A DNA stretch of 64,000 bases, from positions 160,001 through 224,000 of the forward strand of contig CAWEXU010000031.1 in NCBI GenBank assembly GCA_963813075.1, read 5' to 3'. The stretch comes from Methanotrichaceae archaeon (GTDB taxonomy: Archaea; Halobacteriota; Methanosarcinia; Methanotrichales; Methanotrichaceae). Below the pieces are notes generated by a model. It made no database searches. It was given only the letters and a program-made list of their open reading frames with translations, and had not been told where the DNA came from. How positions within the stretch are numbered: the stretch's first letter is position 1; each line of letters opens with the position of its first letter. Shown piece by piece: positions 63,502 through 64,000 of the stretch. A program made the position numbers and the translations under genes.

Positions 63502-63983
63502 AGATGCAGGATAGGATTGAAGAGATAAGGGAGTTCTTCTCCCAGTATGAAGCCAACTTCAATGATGCTCTGAGGGGGGATCAGGAGGGAGAGGACAAAG
63601 TTGTCGATCCGGGACAGCTGGCGAAGAGAACCGCGAAATTTTTCAGCGACTGCTTCATCGGCGCCAATCCCAGAGGGGTGGCCTGCGCAAAGAATGACGA
63701 CGAGTTCATCTCGCAGATTCAGCGAGGATATGATTTTTACCGGAGCCTTGGCACTCTGAGCATGAAAATCTCCGGCCTGAAGATAGTTTTGCTGGATGAT
63801 TATCATGCCCAGGCAATTGTTGCCTGGCGTTCGACCTACTCAAAAAAGGACGAAGAGGGAAATGGTGTGGTGATCGATTTTGAGGTGATATATCTGCTCC
63901 AGACCATCGCCAATGGGCCGAAGATCTTTGCCTATATAACAGGAGATGAACAAAGTGCTCTGCGACAGAGAGGTCTGCTGTAA
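63498..63983 (+). CDS. NTF2/SnoaL-like fold hypothetical protein
   Basis: FFSQYEANF, GYDFYRSLG, IFAYITGDEQ. Confidence 0.65.
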   Translation: MKMQDRIEEIREFFSQYEANFNDALRGDQEGEDKVVDPGQLAKRTAKFFSDCFIGANPRGVACAKNDDEFISQIQRGYDFYRSLGTLSMKISGLKIVLLDDYHAQAIVAWRSTYSKKDEEGNGVVIDFEVIYLLQTIANGPKIFAYITGDEQSALRQRGLL

Positions 63984-64000
63984 ACAGCGATCTGGTCAAA

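Noticed and set aside
1..64000. tRNA, rRNA or intact transposase/integrase genes
   Set aside because: None recognised by eye; a tRNAscan-SE/Infernal/ISEScan run would be needed to exclude them firmly

Overview
Archaeal chromosomal segment, most consistent with an acetoclastic Methanothrix/Methanosaeta-type methanogen: it has an Fpo operon with no fpoF in the operon and a Lys-rich FpoI tail, plus cysteate synthase, DUF2121 connectase and archaeal TyrRS. Housekeeping blocks are purS/Q/L, glyA-folD-connectase-mobA, tyrS, pckA, R15P isomerase, the cysteate synthase operon, NikMNQO, fpoA-N and deoxyhypusine synthase. Accessory segments are interspersed: (i) a leaderless M36-like metalloprotease plus Kelch gene pair; (ii) an AT-rich protease module with a papain-like Cys-His protein carrying a novel N-terminal domain, a gingipain/C25 zymogen, and a secreted stand-alone copy of that N-terminal domain; (iii) an SF2 helicase-HNH fusion, a candidate defence gene; (iv) a ~3.2 kb low-GC islet flanked by a ~150 bp duplication of a CDS 3' end; (v) three TA modules whose toxins are eroded; (vi) a paralogous family of secreted Tyr-rich LWSWG/DPxTG proteins; (vii) two 13-bp tandem arrays. 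Many genes, including fpoCD, carry single-base frameshifts, often at homopolymers, so the sequence probably has long-read indel errors and frameshifts alone do not prove pseudogenisation. Family assignments come from motif recognition by eye, not from database searches.
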